A DNA stretch of 64,000 nucleotides from Gracilinanus agilis (lineage: Eukaryota). The number at the start of each line of letters is the position of its first letter. The stretch's first letter is position 1. Shown piece after piece: positions 1 through 12,075 of the stretch. Under the pieces are notes generated by a model. It was not told the DNA's origin. It saw only the letters and a list, made by a program, of their open reading frames with translations, and made no database searches. Both the position numbers and the translations under genes were made by a program. The stretch is taken from positions 111,369,038 to 111,433,037 of the forward strand of contig NC_058132.1 of NCBI RefSeq assembly GCF_016433145.1. The letters run 5' to 3'.

Positions 1-331
1 CGGCGGCGCTACCTCCTCCGCCGCCCCCCCCGCTCCGCAGTCGGCGGGGACTGGGCCCCCCAAGCGCCGGGGGACCCCCCCCCACCACCGCCGCCGCCGC
101 CGCCGCACCCCCGGCCTGCCTGCCCACCCCCCACGGGCTCCCTCCCCGCCTCCCGGCCTGGGGCGGGGCTCAGGGCCCAGCGCGGCCACCGCGAGCCCCA
201 AGCGAACGGATCGCTGTCACCCGCGGGATCGGACACGGCCCGGGGCACTCTTCTGCCCCCGTCTCAGCTCAGCCCACCCCCTCTCTGGTCAGCTGGAGCC
301 GGGAAGGGAGAGAGGGACAGGCAGCTGCAGG

Positions 332-342
332 AAAATGGCGGC
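332..342 (+). promoter_or_regulatory. YY1-type motif AAAATGGCGGC (GCCGCCATTTT on minus)
   Basis: Exact motif in the sequence; typical of TSS-proximal sites in CpG islands. Confidence 0.7.
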
Positions 343-380
343 GCCAGGCTCCTCCTCGGAGCTTTCCGGGCTGCCCCCGG

Positions 381-390
381 ATCACGTGAC
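381..390. promoter_or_regulatory. E-box ATCACGTGAC (USF/MiT-TFE CLEAR-like)
   Basis: Direct motif match. Confidence 0.7.
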
Positions 391-610
391 TCCGGCACCG
401 CCCCTCCCCCTCCTCCTCCTCCTGGTCAACCCCACCTCCCCCTTCCCTTCTCCTTCCCTTCCCTTCCCTTTCCTCTCTCTCGACTCCCCTCCCTGGAGCC
501 GCCAGAGAACAGCGGGGCGGGGACCACGCCGGATTACGTGACGGAACCCGCCCCGCGGGCTCAACAGGAGGCGGGGAGCGGGGGGAGTGCTCGGCTTCTC
601 TGAGCGGCTG

Positions 611-622
611 CGTCACGTGACG
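611..622. promoter_or_regulatory. Palindromic E-box CGTCACGTGACG containing the CLEAR consensus GTCACGTGAC
   Basis: Perfect 12-bp palindrome; a variant TTACGTGAC lies at 534-542. Confidence 0.75.
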
Positions 623-1580
623 CTCCCTGACAACAGGTCGCCTGAGGCTGGGCCTGTGATGATTACAGTGGACTGGGAAGGCGGAGGTGGGGGAGGGGAG
701 AAAAGAGGGGAGTGGAGGTGGCGCGCGAGCTAGGCCTTGTTCAGGGTCTCGCGCGCCCATCCTTCCTTCCCTCCCGCGCTTTCCCACTCTTCTTTAGGGA
801 AGTCAGGGAAATGGGCAATGAGCTGCCGCTGCCGACGCCATCACCGCCCCTCCTTCCTTTCACCAGGAGAGGTTGTGTGGGAGAGTCTTCATAACAGAAA
901 CATCCCTTAAGCAGAACCCTATTCCATAAAAGAGAAGTTTCTATACCTATGGCAAGCTAGTCTGTCACAAGTCCTTACACTCTGCTGCCAAAAGTGGATG
1001 TCTCCTGAACCACTCCCATCTTAGGCCAGAAGGATTATTTATTTGTCTTTGACTTGTTTTAAAATTTCACCTTTCATTCACCGCCACCACCCTTTTGAAG
1101 CCTGCCTAAATTTAGACACCAAAGAGGGTTTCTCCCTAGGGTGTCCCAAAAGACAGGAAACACATAGCTTTGTAGGAATTTAGAAAAGGAAGTGGTGGAA
1201 TGATGTCAGCAGTGATTAGTTTGACCCTACAAGGATGACTGTGGTGATTAGAGCTGACCAAAGAAGGAATCGAGTAGGAGGAGGTAGGACCAACCATTGT
1301 CACTGTGGTTTTCTATTCCTTTGGTGCCTGTGTACTGACAGCACTTTGTTGTAGGAAAGACTTTTAAATGAGAAGAACCTTTAAAATTCTTGAGCTGTTT
1401 TCTATGGGATCCCCAAGATTTGTATGGGATACTAGGATCTAGCCATACTTTTATTTAAATTATTTATCAAAGCAAAGAAATAAGACACAAAACATTTCAC
1501 CCATAAACCTGGGACCCCACATAGATACATTAGTAGGAAGAATGGGTATGTACATAGAGTACAGTGGTAGAGAAACTCAC

Positions 1581-1650
1581 AGGTTGGGAATGTATGTGAA
1601 TAAGACAACTCTTTCTTCTTCACCATGGTTTGGGCAGGGCTTGAATTTAA
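1581..1650 (-). CDS. Candidate exon C of an unidentified minus-strand gene ((V)KFKPCPNHGEEERVVLFTYIPN)
   Basis: Acceptor ttttag, strong donor CCT|gtgagt, open frame, phase-compatible with candidate exon B. No homology recognised. Confidence 0.25.
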
Positions 1651-4040
1651 CTAAAAAGCATCTACAAATTTTGAGTTGCCAATGAATGTAATCTTTCCAT
1701 ATTCAAATGAGATAAAGTCTGCATTCCCAATCTGATGCCCAGAAAACTTCAGAATACTATATTTTAGTCTTATTACACTCAATAGATACAAAACTGGCAG
1801 ATGTCAATATACTGAAAACTTAATGTATCATATTGAAAACTTTGCAGAATTCTCCATTTCCCTGTCCCAACTTTTTTCTAGTTGTTGTTTTTTTTTAGTT
1901 GCATGCCCTTTTTTTTAAAAAACAAAGATTATTTAACCTCTTCCTGATCTATTAAGAATACACTTTATTTGAGCCAGTGGATAAAATCTTCGTGGAAGTA
2001 ATATAAAATTGTATTCCCTAAAATACAAGACACACTTTAGTCTGTTGTCTCTGATTCAAAGATTACCAAAGTGATGGCTTATTTAGCTTAATAGAATGTT
2101 AGCTCCTTGAAGGCAAAAACTTTCTTTTTTGTCTTTGTAGTCATGGGCATATAGTAGGTATTTAAGAAATGTCTCCTAAAGTGAAATTAAATATACCAAA
2201 CTGTGACTCCTCCCTGGAATCAACTAGCAAAAGGAATGGTGTTCTTCAGGGGCAACTCTATCAAGTTCCTCATTATCATTTCTCCTCTTGCAGGTTTCAA
2301 ATTTGCTACCCTGTTCCATCTGTGGGTTACATTGGACACATTTCAAATCAGCCTAAACCTTTTATGGGGAAACACCCTAGCTAAGGTCAAACAGGAGGAA
2401 CCATATTTTAGTTCTGTCAGATACATGATGTTTAATGCATAAGGCGAATGTCTAAGTTGTACTTTAGCGCACAGAAAAGTATTCAAACTTTTATGTATTG
2501 GTGTTACTGACCTATTCTGGGAGAGCTATGTGGTTCAATATACCCATTTGAAAAATGGAAACAATATAATAATTGAGATATATACATATATAATTTAAGT
2601 TTACAAAGCACTTATTGGACATTAACTCATTTGATCCTGACAATAGCACTATTGTCTCTTAAAAGATAACTCTTAAATTATAAATAGAAGTATCCATTTT
2701 TACAAATAAAGACACTATGGTTTAGAAAGCTTATGACTTACCCATGATCATACAACTATGAAGCATCCAAGTCCAAGTTTCTCTTGACTTGGAGTTAAGT
2801 ACTTTTTATGCTACACCAAGGATCTGTCTACTTCTTTTATGATGTTTACCATCGCTATGAAGAATATAGTTCATAAAATGAAAAAATTTTAGAATTGAAA
2901 CAAATCAGAGGGATATTTTAGTTCAATGCCCTCATTTTATAGATTAGAAGATAGAAGCTCAGAAAGATGTACTTGTCCATAATCATATGGTAAAAGTCAT
3001 ATCCAGGATATGGTTTACTCAGGCATTTAAGATATGACAGAAAAGGAAAAGAAAAATGAAATGGATGATCTTGTGAAGTAGGTTCTTACTTGTGCAGATT
3101 TTATAGATGGCAAAACTGAGCCTGGCCAAATCACTTAACCTCTTGAAGTTTCTGAGAAAATGAAGACTTGCATTGGCAGAGAAAGTTCCTCATTGAGAGA
3201 ATCTTGCTCTGATGAAATCACCAGTCTCATCAAAAAATAAATATTAAACTGGAAGTCAAACCTAGACATTCTGACTCTAAAATCTGTGTTCTTTCCATTA
3301 TACCATGTTAGTAATTGTATGCTATATTCTTACTGTACTTTATTTCATCATAATGGCGTCATTTTAGAAGTCTCCACATTTGAAAGCAACCAGTCAATGC
3401 AGACTTGGACATATGTCAACTTAAAACTATTGCAAAACACATGAAAGACAGAAAGATGAAAAAAGAGGGGCACAAGAGTATTTGCCAGGGATAAGCATTA
3501 CTAACCAAATCCACCTTCTATTATTAAAAGTTTCCTATATTCCAGTTTTCTTTTTCTAGCCAATAAAACCCTTTGAAGTTACTCAGTGAAAACATCTCAC
3601 ACCTAACCTTTTATTTGATGAAAACTACTCTAAAAAACATCAACTCATATACTCATATCTATCCCATAATTACATTAGGGTATGTAATCCTAGAGCATCA
3701 TCCATTTTTTCAGTAGTTGGTAAAATAATAAATACCTAAACCTGTTTTGTTTGAGAAGACTTAGACACTTGTGAATTAGATAGTAGTAAGTGTTATTGCC
3801 TTCATTTTATGAATAGAAGAAATTGAGGCTAGGAGAAATTAATTAGTTAGCCCATAGTCACACAGTCCAATCTAGGATTTGGCTCTTAACAGTATGCCAG
3901 TATAAGAATCTTCCCCAGCTCTATCCCAGTTGATAATAAAGTCAGGAAAGCGGGCTGATTTTGGAAATGCTTCAGAGAAACAAGATGATAGCTCATATTT
4001 ATATGTAACATGTTGCACTTTACAAAACACTTTATTTAAC

Positions 4041-4229
4041 CTGTTATTATCAGTACATCTTCCATTGAGACTGGTTTATTGCTGAATCCCCATTCCTGCT
4101 GCCCACACCCAATGACCCCATTTAAACCACACATGATCTCTTCTGTGAATTCTCTGGAATTGCCTGGTTTGCTTGAAATTGTTGTTGCTAAATCAGCAAG
4201 ACTGATTACCAGGAAAGATGTCAGAGCCA
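4041..4229 (-). CDS. Candidate exon B, 189 nt, phase 1-1 ((V)ALTSFLVISLADLATTISSKPGNSREFTEEIMCGLNGVIGCGQQEWGFSNKPVSMEDVLIIT)
   Basis: Acceptor ccttcccag, donor AG|gttaaa (weak), stop-free, in apparently unique sequence. Confidence 0.3.
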
Positions 4230-4380
4230 CTGGGAAGGATCTGATGACTTTGTAGAGTAATTAGAGAGATCTGGTAGAGGCAAGTACCCTGCTTGGCTTG
4301 GAAAGTTGCTATTTATCATTCCAATAAAACCTCTTTGAGCTTTTGTTCCTGTACCATATATGATTTTTCAGCCCTTTAAC

Positions 4381-4519
4381 CTGGAAGATACATGAAGAGG
4401 TGGCCAGGAACACAGGGGTTTGATCTCTCTTCCTTTAGCTGGCTCTCTTTGCTGAAATGTTCATCTACAATGGGCTTTAGAAGAGTGCAATCAATACTAC
4501 TGAGAGCACTCTCTGGAGG
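4381..4519 (-). CDS. Candidate exon A, 139 nt (PPESALSSIDCTLLKPIVDEHFSKESQLKEERSNPCVPGHLFMYLP)
   Basis: Acceptor ccttctagtttcag, donor CAG|gttaaa, stop-free, joins exon B in frame. Confidence 0.3.
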
Positions 4520-5559
4520 CTGAAACTAGAAGGTACCATCAGTTGAGATCTGACTTCTTCAATATTTAAAAGATCTGTAATTTTGTCAAGTGTGTTCTCC
4601 TTCCACCAACCTGGAGCTTATGGAAACAATATATTGTAATGATTAGATAGGGAGATATAGAATCAAGAAGACCCATGTTCAAACCCTGCCTTAGACACTA
4701 GCCATATGATCCTGAACAAGTCATTTAACCTCAGCTCTTGTTTTCTCAGTTTTAATATGGGCTATTATTACCTACCTCTCAGAGTTGCTATGAAGATCAA
4801 ATTTATATAAAGCAATTTCAAATCTTAGTCATATAAAGTGTTATCTATTCTTATGACTTCTCTATAAATGGATAAGTTTTAAGAGTTAATATTCCTGGAA
4901 AATTCATCATTCTACATCAACCTTTACTTTATCATTACCCATATCATGTCCTCTAACTGCTGGTTATCTGCCTGGGACTCCTTTTCTCTATATAAACTCT
5001 CACTCTTAATGATTTTATCAGTTCTTATAGGTTCAATTACCACGTCTATACAGATGACCCCTAGGTCTATATAGCCATCTCCAATCTTACCACTTCTGCA
5101 TTACCACCTACCTATTAGATATTTTAAACTGGATGTCTTATAGTCATCATAAACTCAACATGTCCAAAACATAACTTACTACATTTCCTCCAAAGCCCAC
5201 CCCTCTTTGTTAACTTCCCTATTTCTCTAGAAATTACCACCATACTCCCAGTTACCTAAGTTTATAAACTTAGTGGCATCCTTAACTTTTCACTCTCTTG
5301 TCCACTATACTTCTCATGTCTGTCCCCTTCTCTTCATCTCCTCTCACTTGGTCTGTTGCAATAGCTTCCTGATTTGTCTCCCTCCAAGTCTCACCCCAAT
5401 CCTTCACACAGCTGCCAAAGACAACTTTATATCAAGATGTCAGGATCTTCTTATGTCATTTACCTACTCAGCATACTGTAATAGTTCCTTATTGCTTCTA
5501 GGATAAAATTTTTCTGTTTGGCTTTTGTGGTTAAGCCAAATTGCCCTTATTTCTTTTTC

Positions 5560-5757
5560 TTTTTTAAATCTTAACCTTCTGTCTTAGAATCGATTCTAAG
5601 TATCAGTTCTAAGGCAAAAGAGTAGCAAGGACCAGGCAATTGGAGTTAAATGAATTACCTAGGTCCCTCAGCCAGGAAGTATCTGAGGTCATATTTGAAC
5701 CCAGGCACTCCTGACTCCAGGCCTGGCTCTCTATCCACTAAGCCACCTACCTGACCC
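5560..5757 (-). mobile_element. Opossum CORE-SINE (SINE1_Mdo-like)
   Basis: T-rich tail, 'accttctgtcttagaatc' 3' signature, tRNA-derived head. Confidence 0.8.
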
Positions 5758-5778
5758 ACCCTTATTTCTTATATAAGA

Positions 5779-5964
5779 TTTTTTTTTAACCCTTGTACTT
5801 TTCGGTGTATTGTCTCATAGGTGGAAGAGTGGTAAGGGTGGGCAATGGGGGTCAAGTGACTTGCCCAGGGTCACACAGCTGGGAAGTGGCTGAGGCCGGG
5901 TTTGAACCTAGGACCTCCTGTCTCTAGGCCTGACTCTCACTCCACTGAGCTACCCAGCTGCCCC
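5779..5964 (-). mobile_element. Young SINE1_Mdo-like SINE with 12-bp TSD
   Basis: TSD TCTTATATAAGA at 5767-5778 and 5965-5976; poly-T tail; CpGs retained. Confidence 0.9.
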
Positions 5965-6586
5965 TCTTATATAAGATTTTAATCCATACAGGTATAGCCC
6001 ATCACCCTGCCTTTATACTGTTATTACTTCATCCTTAAAATGAAATGAATGCCTCCTCACCTCCAACTTTTAGAACCTTTAGTTACTTTCAAGGCTTACC
6101 TTAGGTAGCACCTTTTACATGAAGCCTTTCATATTCTCTTAGGTCCTAGTGACTCCCTTCCCTCAAATTATCTTGTATTTATTTTGCACATACCTTTATA
6201 TATCCCACCTGGATTGTTATACTCCTTTAGCACAGGTACTGTTTCATTTTTGTCTTTGTTACCCCAGAATTTAGCAAGTGGTAGGCACTTAATTTCTTGA
6301 TTGATTGATTGAGTCAGTTAGTTAAACATTTAAGTGCCTACTATGTATCAGATACTCTCTTAAGCTTGGGGATAATAAAGAAAGATTAAAAAAAAAAACA
6401 GCCCTTACCCTTAAGGAGCATATAATCTAATGGGGGAAACAATAAGCAGATGAATATGTAGCTATAGACTTGGTGAAACTAGTTATTGAGCAACAAACCT
6501 ACAGTCTCTCATCACTAAACCCATAATCAAAACCTGCTCAACTTTGTAGGACTGGCTGGAGCTTGTATTCCACTGGCATAGATGAC

Positions 6587-6825
6587 AATGGGGTTATGCT
6601 AGAGCCAGCTCACACTGAAAGTAAAATGTTATTTTCTTTGTGAGCACTTAACCTTTAAAAATCACCAAATACTACAAATCAGGGCTTGACTTATTGTTTT
6701 TGTTGATTTTCTAGACTTACAAAAGTGATGATGAAAATATTCCTGGTGGAGATTAAAAGTGTCTTGCAGACATTTTTTTCTCCCCTCAAAGAGGAAGTTG
6801 TTAAACATTTACCAGCATACCCCTG
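6587..6825. mobile_element. Old hAT-type non-autonomous DNA transposon
   Basis: Degenerate TIRs (ggggttatgctag ... ccagcatacccctg). Confidence 0.55.
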
Positions 6826-7499
6826 ACTAAGAGCCCAGTATCAGGTCCATGTCACAATATAGCATTGAAGAAGGACATATAAAAGTATGTGATCATTTAA
6901 AGGAGGGAAAAATATCTAGAGAACATGGAAATGATTTTCCTAAAGTCCTAAAGAACACATGCAATGACTCATTAATATGAGATGAGATAAATTTCATTTT
7001 TCTTTGTCTCTGGATTGTCTGTATTGGGAATCAAATGCTGATATCCTACCTGGACTTTATTCCTGTGTGGACAGTGTTGGTTGGGATAGAAAGAAGTAAT
7101 TTCTTGGTTATTGACTCAGCCATAAATTATATTATATCTCAGGATTATCTTTCCCTTGCCTCATAACTCTACAAAATAATCATGCACTTCCAATGGCTCC
7201 TCCATATTTCCTAAGGATCAAGGATGACCTAATTGACCCCATCCAATCTGAGGATATTCACTCGCCATAAAATTAAGTTGTGATATTCATATGTAGTAGT
7301 TTGAGATAAAATGACTCATAAGAAATTCATCACTGGCTTTCTACCCTATTCATTCCTGAAAAATCCATGGAATAATTTCCCTGGAATAAATCTAAAATGT
7401 GTTTAAAAAAATACCCATGTACAAGATAAAGAAGGCTTGATTAAACAACAAAATTCAAAAGAAGATTGGAGGTGGTATTACCTCAATACAAATCAACAG

Positions 7500-8260
7500 T
7501 GGGACATAGCAGCCATCCCCATTCCCCCCCAAAATGTTAGCATGATCTTAGGCTTCATTAAGAGAGAGACAATCTCCAGAACAAGGTAAATCATAGTCTC
7601 ACAGTATTTTGTTCTAGTCAGAGCTCTTCTGGAACATATCTGGGTGAGGATGTCCAAGATGGTAAAAAGACTAGAGACTATATACCATACAATGATTGAC
7701 TAAAGGAAAAGGGGTTGTATTAGTCTGGAAAGAAAAAAAAATACTTAGAGGAGCCATAATAGCAATATTCAACTATTTATAGAGCTATAATGTACAAAAA
7801 GGATTAAGCTTTTGCAGATCTGTCCCAGAGTACAGAATTAGAGGTAAGAGGTAAATACTGATGAGAGACTGATTTAATCACACTTAAGCACAACGTAAGG
7901 AAAGTCTTCTTAACANNNNNNNNNNNNNNNNNNNNNNNNNNNNNNNNNNNNNNNNNNNNNNNNNNNNNNNNNNNNNNNNNNNNNNNNNNNNNNNNNNNNN
8001 NNNNNNNNNNNNNNNNNNNNNNNNNNNNNNNNNNNNNNNNNNNNNNNNNNNNNNNNNNNNNNNNNNNNNNNNNNNNNNNNNNNNNNNNNNNNNNNNNNNN
8101 NNNNNNNNNNNNNNNNNNNNNNNNNNNNNNNNNNNNNNNNNNNNNNNNNNNNNNCTGGGCTTTCAGGGACATCAGTGGGCTTCAAACAGCGTAACCACTT
8201 GTTAGGATGTGTTATAGAGGCAATTCCTATCCAAGGATAGGTTATGCCATAATGCCTTTA
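7500..8260 (+). mobile_element. L3/CR1 LINE 3' fragment spanning the N gap
   Basis: CR1-type RT C-terminal and 3' UTR sequence on both sides of the gap. Confidence 0.7.
7916..8154. other. Assembly gap (239 N)
   Basis: Run of N. Confidence 1.
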
Positions 8261-10619
8261 TCATCGCTGCCTACTCTGGGATACTGGAAAAACTGCTATT
8301 CTTCAAATTGAGATATTCTTATAATTTTGTTTACTTCAGTTCAGTGGCACTAAACCAAAAGTAAAAGCTGGAATGATGACTTAATAATGACACAGTTTAG
8401 AAAAGAATTTAATATAGAAGGTATTTAACAGGATCGTTGTTGTTGTTTTTTGATCCCCATTAAATCTAGAACATGAGAAAATAAGCATTTAGAATCTAAG
8501 ATTCCAGTAAGGAATAATTTCCAAACAATGAAAGTTAATAGGTATTGGAATGAGTTATCATATAAGATTAAGGAATCTCTCTTTCTAGAGATATTTTTAA
8601 ACCAAGTGGGATTCTCCAGTGTCTGGAGTAGTTAAATAAGATCCTTCCTGAAGGCAAGATATGTTTAAAGACAGCTCATGTCTCTTTCAGCCTTCTGATT
8701 AATTTCCCCTAGGGCCATTTCAGTCACAGAAGAATTCAGTGTATTTTTATCAGGATTTGCAAAAAACAAACAAACAAAAAAAGCAGAAAAGGATCACTTT
8801 TTGAGCTATGAACCATCATAACAAATTTAAGCTTGCTAGAAATGATTCTAAGAAAATTATAAGGAACTTTATATTTAGAATTGAATGGTCGACTCAGCCT
8901 ATAATTAGCCATTATAGAGACATATGGGTTGTCACCCTAATGTATAATTCACCAAAAAAATTTGCTGTGTGAGATAACATCCAAGACAAGTCTTTAGATG
9001 CTTAGTACACAAGAGAGATCTTTAGATGTTTTCCACCACAACTCAGTTAAATATTAGAGTGACTACTACTATCTTTTAAAATTCAACTTAATTTATACAT
9101 GTCTTCAAACATCTGATTTTCTCCTTTGCCAATTTATGGGAGAGCGTTGCTTCTAACAATATGGTAGCATTATGCTACATTCCTGCCAAGCACATAGGGG
9201 GGAAAGCTATATTAATTAGTAAGGTCACACATACAGATGACAGTGGTCATTTTCATATATACCAGGTTCTTGGGAAATAATTCCTCACTTTTATCACCAA
9301 TTTAAAAAACACGTGTTTTCAATGGCTAGAGAAATAGATGACTCCAACAATAGAAGAAAGGAAAGAAATAAACATTGGGCATATTCCAAATATTAAAAAT
9401 ATACTGTAGAGTGAGTTACAGAAAGAGCAGATATTTATAACAACTACTAGAATAGATTTTGTTTAATTGAGTTAAATTAAAATTGAAATGCATATATATA
9501 GTATAAGCAATATTCACTAATAGAGCAAAGCAAGAGATCCTTTGAACTAGGATAAGAATCCTTAATGTCCAAGTGAAAAAAACAAGAGAGAGAAGGATGT
9601 ATAAGAAGAAAATGTGATTCTTCCCAAACTATACCTTTACCCTTTGAGCTACTCCCAAATATACATAGGACACAACTACTTCTTACCCTAAGTACTGAAG
9701 GATTGTCCAATTTTGAAAAAGGTGTTTCTTATAAAATTACTTTTCCACCATGTTCCACCAACTCTTATGAAAGTTTCCTATTGTCTTCACCTTCTTCCTA
9801 CTCCACCAGACAAAGCTGTAAAATTTCAAAGGTAACATGATATAGTGGAAAGTCTGTCAGACTTCAAATCAGAGGACCTGGAGTTGAATTCTGGCTCCTC
9901 TAGATGTGACCTTGGGAAAATCTTTTAATCACTCTGGAGTCTTTCATATCTTTAAATCTCTGATCTTAAAGTTCAAAATTCAAGCCCCCTTAAGCCTCTC
10001 TCAGACCTTCTAAAATTCTTCTACTTTCTTCTATATAGGTTTTCCATCCTCTTCCTATACCCTCCATGAAGTATGCCTAGCTCTCATGTAGGGTTAGCCC
10101 AGATCAAGTATAATAAGGCTACTGTTATATCGGGCATTTTTATAGACTTTAGTGCTTTACCTAGGGGTCACCAACAGATGCAGCTCATTTTTTCCTTTTT
10201 TTCTGATGTCCTGAACATGTTCTTCCTGGCCTTATTTCCAACTAGGCTTGGTCAAGTGCTTTCTATCTTTTCTCCCATCTCAGATCCAAGCTGCAGTACT
10301 CATACATATATGAACACACACACACCCCATTGTTTCTTTTTCTTACAACTAAGTGACAAATAAGGATGATTAAAATCAATTCACTTTACCTCTCTGGTAA
10401 TCCTTTTCCATTTCTGTTGTTTCTCTGGCAAATAGCATGTAGGCATTTAAATTTTTCTGAAAGTTACTGAAGTAAAAATGGGGATAGGAAAAAAAGGAGT
10501 GCAATTTGTCTATCATTGCCAGCATTTGTAATGGCATAGCAAAAGCCCTTCTCTGTCTTGTATCACTAATATTTTACACCAAAGTTATATCATATAGAAG
10601 TATTTTGGATAAGCTTGTC

Positions 10620-11160
10620 ATGATTTGCCTGGAGAAGGGAAAACTTTAGAGAAATGTGATATTTAAGTATACAAATGACTACAGAGACGTTAAACTTATT
10701 CTGTTGGGAGCTGCAAAAAAACTTCTATTGAAAAAGGCAATAAGTAATCACCCTAGTGTAATTATCAATAATATGGAAATAGGTCTTGGTCAATGATATA
10801 TGTAAAACCCAGTGAAATTGTGTGTTGGCTATTAGGGGAGTGGATTGGAGGGGAGGGAAAGAACATGAATCATGTAACCATGGAAAATATTCTAAATTAA
10901 TTAAATAAAAATTTTCAATTAAAAAAAGAGAGAAAGAAAAAGGCGAGATAGGTTGAAAAAGTTACAAAGAGATTTTGGTTCAACATAAGAAAAATCTCCT
11001 AGTACATTAGAGACTACCCAGAATGTAATGGACTGACTGCCTTGGAGATTCTGGGATACTGGTAGTAGTGGGAGAAGGGAAGTTAAAAAGCAGTGGTCTG
11101 TTCTCTTCTGCTTTGCTTTGATTAGATGGTCTCTGGGGTTCCTTCCAATCCTGAGACTCT
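10620..11160 (+). mobile_element. L3/CR1 3' end interrupted by an L1 fragment
   Basis: CR1-type 3' end (gattagatggtctctggggttccttccaatcctgagactct). Confidence 0.65.
10739..10935 (+). mobile_element. 5'-truncated L1 3' end with TSD GAAAAAGGC
   Basis: TSD at 10730-10738 and 10936-10944; opossum L1 3' UTR followed by an A-rich tail. Confidence 0.8.
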
Positions 11161-11289
11161 AAACACAACTAATTAAGGTTTCTTGGCAACTGTTTACTAT
11201 TGAATAATTCCATTTCCATGCATAAAATGTCATAACTTTTTGGTCACTCATTCTTCATCAGGATTTTTCCCCTCATTCATATCCTTTAA

Positions 11290-12075
11290 AAACATTATTT
11301 ATTTGCTTGTTACATGAAAATTCCCAGATATCTTCTTTCCTCCCCACCCTCACCCCTACTAGGGAAGGCATCATTTGAAGAAAAGATATATGTATATATA
11401 TAGACTATATCTTGCTTATTTCTGTTTATTAGTTCTTTCTCTAATGTACATACACAAGTCATTCTTTAAACAATATTTCTGTTGCTGTATATAACATTTT
11501 CCTGTTTCTACTCATTTCATTCTTCATAATTTCATGTAGGTCTTTCCCAGTTTTTTTAAATTAGCCTGCTCATCATTTCGTTTTGTTTTTTTTAAACCTT
11601 ACTTTATGTCTTAGAATCCATATTATGTATTGGTTCCAAGGCAGAAGAATGTTAAGGGCTAGGCAATGGAGATTAAGTGACTTGCCCAGTCACACAGCTA
11701 GGAAGTGTCTGAGGCCAGATTTAAACCTAGGACCTCCTGTCTCTAGGCTTGGCTCTCAATCCACTGAGCCACCCAGCTGCCCCTCTACTCATCATTTCTT
11801 ATAGCGAAGTACTAATTCCATCACAAACACATGACACAACTTGTTTGGCCATTCCCCAATTAATGGCGTCCCTTCAATTTTCAGTTCTTTGCTACCACAG
11901 AGAGATCTGCTATAAATATTTTAGAACATATAAGTTCTCTTCTTCTTTACTTGACCACCTTGGGAAATAAACTAATAGTGGCATTACTGTGTCAAAATGT
12001 ATATACAGTTTTATAACTTTTGGGGCATAATTCCAGATTGTTCTCCAAAATGATTGGATCATTTCACAGTTCCAT
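11290..12075 (-). mobile_element. L1 ORF2 C-terminus/3' UTR fragment with a nested SINE (~11582-11783)
   Basis: Reverse complement of marsupial L1 3' sequence; SINE1_Mdo-like insert. Confidence 0.8.

Larger units (their letters stand above)
1..860. promoter_or_regulatory. CpG island / housekeeping-type promoter and probable first-exon region (gene unidentified)
   Basis: Very GC- and CpG-rich against an AT-rich window; (CCG)n run near 88-105; GC box near 161-171; YY1 and E-box motifs. The ORFs here are low-complexity and unrecognisable. The motifs alone do not fix the direction of transcription. Confidence 0.9.
4920..6310 (+). mobile_element. L2 LINE 3' fragment interrupted by two SINEs
   Basis: Degenerate RT motif 'cac gtc tat aca gat gac' (HVYTDD) near 5040; L2-type 3' end (gtggtaggcacttaa...ttgattga). 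Confidence 0.75.

Noticed and set aside
9-894. Several ORFs in the CpG island, including MAAPGSSSEL at 335
   Set aside because: GC-rich, low-complexity sequence lacks stops; the ATG at 335 is part of the YY1 motif; no recognisable protein.
2294-2385. Plus-strand exon candidate after a strong acceptor (tttctcctcttgcag)
   Set aside because: Weak donor (gtcaaa), no partner exon or first-exon donor found, and the peptide is unrecognisable.
7804-8185. Long ORFs with X runs (also 29012-29505)
   Set aside because: Artefacts of translating across N gaps.
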